Of a stretch of DNA of 64,000 nt, positions 62,976 to 64,000 are shown piece by piece (positions within the stretch are counted from its first letter, which is position 1; each line of letters starts with the position of its first letter). Origin of the DNA: the human T2T-CHM13v2.0 reference genome, Homo sapiens. The notes under the pieces were generated by a model. That model was not told where the DNA came from and made no database searches. It worked only from the letters and a program-made list of their open reading frames with translations. The translations under genes and the position numbers were made by a program. Location of the stretch: the NCBI RefSeq assembly GCF_009914755.1, contig NC_060927.1; one strand, 5' to 3'.

Positions 62976-64000
62976 AAGGGTGGGAATAACTCAGCCCCTG
63001 GCTAGAGGGCAAGGCCCCACTCCTGGGCGGCCCCCATGCCTTGCATTCCATATTCCAGTCCCAGCTCAGGCGCTCCATCACTGAGTGGCATTGGGCAAGT
63101 CATGGCCTCTCTCTGGGCATCAGTTTCCCCATATGTAAGTTTCCACAGAGGCTGGTATAGGTGGCCAATGTTTCCTTCCATCCTGACTGTCCAGGATTCT
63201 GTGATTCCCTTCTAAGCCACTGTGTCCTCAGGAAATCCCTTGTGCCAGCCTGTGGGTAGCTCAGGCCTTTATGGCAGGGTGAGGGTGGCCCCCGGGTCCT
63301 GGAGCTCTGGCCTCAAGCAGATCTGGATGGGGCTGGATGCCAGCCACCCACCAGAAGTGAGACTGGGGCTCCCTGTGCCCCCCCAAAGCACAAGACTTGG
63401 AGGGCATGGGATTGGCGGTCCCTCGTCACCTTTTGTTCCTGTCTCTGGGGCTTTGCAGGCCAATGGAAACGCAGCCCTGAGAATAAAAGCCCCTTGTCCA
63501 GAGTTCTGAGCCCTAATCCTCTTACGTGTCACCAGCGGAAAGCCGGAGCCGGTGGCAGAAGGGCTGCTCTGATTCCCTGCCAGCCTGCCCCTCGTCCCAC
63601 ACTCTGGTGCCAACCCAGTCGCATCACAAAGGGCTGCTGCCCCAGCCAAGCAACCGCACCACTGAATGCAATCACCACTCGGGCCCCGGCGACGGGGTGC
63701 TCAGACCGAGAGCTCTGGACAGGGCTTGGATGGTTCAGGAAAGGCTGAGCATCCACCCTGTCCTGAGAGCCACTGTCCAAGTCAGAGCCCCAGCTTTGCC
63801 CGGTGTGGCTGGGCCCAAGGTTCTTCCTCCCTCCCTTGGGATCCCAGATTGTTGTTCTAGCCATAAGGTGGCCCCGGATTAGGTAGTCATGGGACCTCTT
63901 TTGGCTCCCTCTTCCCTTTAGGAGGCGTAGACAGACCCACAGCTCTCTGCTGAGACTGACGGGGCCTGGAAGAGGTGGGTGCAGTGGCCTCCCACACAGA

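Overview
Human (primate) genomic DNA, very rich in Alu elements, recognisable as the SCAP-ELP6 interval (3p21.31; locus assignment is from recall, not a search). The only complete protein-coding gene is ELP6 (Elongator subunit 6, minus strand). Its 7 coding exons can be assembled by hand with canonical GT-AG sites: 54+79+71+119+202+147+129 = 801 nt = 266 aa + stop. It has a CpG-island promoter at ~39.9-41.1 kb and AATAAA at 22724-22729. A second CpG island at ~2.5-3.4 kb holds a non-coding first exon on the minus strand that I assign to SCAP. ELP6 intron 5 carries two antisense retrocopies with target-site duplications (TSDs): a BOLA2 processed pseudogene and a Y3 RNA pseudogene. The rest is roughly 100 Alu copies or fragments, old L1/L2/MIR/MER remnants and several LTRs (LTR8-, LTR6-, LTR47-, MST-, MLT1-, MER11-, MER67- and MER83/84-like), some with clean TSDs. 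Nearly all ORFs in the supplied track are Alu or GC-rich shadow ORFs. I found no evidence of a novel multi-gene system. The most unusual items are: a 74-bp templated duplication that captured an LTR-flank junction; an internally deleted mini-provirus with a tRNA-Ile primer-binding site; a sense-oriented MER11 LTR with an intact poly(A) signal in ELP6 intron 3; a 131-codon read-through frame after ELP6 exon 5; an overlapping uORF starting inside an NRF1 site; divergent CTCF motifs; an orphan poly(A) insertion; and very closely spaced inverted Alus. Repeat subfamily names come from recalled consensus sequences and need RepeatMasker/Dfam confirmation.
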